NCBI RefSeq assembly: GCF_036321535.1
Contig: NC_087437.1
Coordinates: 4,712,001 to 4,776,000 of the forward strand
Source of the DNA: Camelus dromedarius
Lineage: Eukaryota
DNA length: 64,000 nucleotides
Reading direction: 5' to 3'
Position numbers and translations under genes: made by a program. This document shows positions 63,300-64,000 of this stretch, one piece after another. Within the stretch, counting starts at the first letter, position 1; the number at the start of each line of letters is the position of its first letter. The notes beneath the pieces were generated by a model. That model did not search any database and was not told the origin of the DNA. It saw only the letters and a list, made by a program, of their open reading frames with translations.

Positions 63300-63559
63300 C
63301 TTCCGTCCGAGGCGCTCTCGCAGTCGACAGCAGGCGGACACGGAGTCACCCAGCAAGCCCGACCCCGAAGACACCAGCTGTGGGGCGGCTCCTCTGAGAC
63401 GGGACTGGGCGACCGAACGCTTTAAACGGAGACGGAGGCGGCGGCGGAGGAGGGGGAGGCGGGGCCCCGACCGGCGCTCGAGCTGAGGTGAGAGGTAAAC
63501 ACTCTTCCTCCAATCACCACGGGCCCCTTTTCCTGGGTCCTCCATTCGCCAGGGTCAGA

Positions 63560-63609
63560 GCGTCTTAAGGAGGCGGGACCAGCTGGAGGCAGCGGCCTAG
63601 GCCGAGCAG
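63560..63609 (+). other. BTD: Putative non-coding first exon of BTD (biotinidase); start approximate
   Basis: BTD is head-to-head with HACL1 in mammals; plus-strand donor GAGCAG|GTGAGA at 63610; CCAGCTGGAG resembles the recalled human BTD 5' leader; no BTD coding sequence seen. Confidence 0.45.
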
Positions 63610-64000
63610 GTGAGAGGCCAAACTGCGGTGGCTTCTGGCCATTTTCCGCCTTCCGGACCTATTTCCGAGGAAAAGGCGGATAGCGCACGTGCAGAGTTGG
63701 GGCCAAAGGCGGGTTGGGGGAGCGAAAGGGGCGTGGCGAGGGGCAGAAGAGGCGTGGCGCGGGCGCCGCCTGGCTCCGCCTCCGCCCCGCGCCCCTCTGG
63801 GGGCTGCGTGCAGTTTCGCAAAGGCTGCTGGGACACGGGTGGCTGAATGGCGCCGCTGTTGAGCGAAGTCGTCTTGGGGTTGTGTCGTCATTCATTCGCG
63901 TCTTCGGTGTTCTGGGCTTTTGCTTACGCGCCTTTTGGTTTCTACTTTCATAACTTTGTGGCTTTGCGGTCCGTGAAGCATAGTAAGACGCGTTAATGGA

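Larger units (their letters stand above)
62850..64000. promoter_or_regulatory. CpG island / bidirectional promoter (HACL1 minus, probably BTD plus)
   Basis: High GC and CpG density; YY1-like GGCCATTTT 63637-63645, ETS-like CTTCCGG 63650-63656, E-box CACGTG 63686-63691, GC box GGGGCGTGGC 63728-63737. Confidence 0.85.

Noticed and set aside
63235..63486. 83-aa ORF with poly-Arg, protamine-like
   Set aside because: Antisense translation of CpG-island GGC/GGA repeats overlapping HACL1 exon 1
1..64000. CRISPR array, prokaryotic operon or other novel multi-gene system
   Set aside because: No repeat-spacer arrays or long intronless ORFs; the content I could recognise is known vertebrate genes and repeats

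Overview
Mammalian genomic DNA, very probably camelid: it carries tRNA-Ala-derived SINEs matching the Tylopoda vic-1 type. It holds three genes. (1) The complete 17-exon HACL1 gene (2-hydroxyacyl-CoA lyase 1) on the minus strand: CDS 63299->32731, 1743 nt, 580 aa, all exon phases consistent. (2) The first coding exon of COLQ (minus, 6721->6616), with the rest of that gene beyond the left edge. (3) A CpG-island promoter at the right edge, expected from synteny to be shared head-to-head with BTD. The remainder is intronic or intergenic DNA rich in L1, L2, MIR, MER, MLT and ERV solo-LTR remnants. I found no evidence for a wholly new biological system. The most notable items are a tailless half-tRNA-Cys retrocopy inside an L1, a twin-primed L1 inversion, and a chimeric L1 insert with a perfect 18-bp TSD. 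In HACL1 they are a GC-AG intron, a GC/CpG-enriched and diverged exon 8-9 pair, a canonical -SKM PTS1, and an open in-frame upstream extension. Two solo LTRs point toward COLQ. Repeat family names and human protein comparisons come from recall, not database searches.
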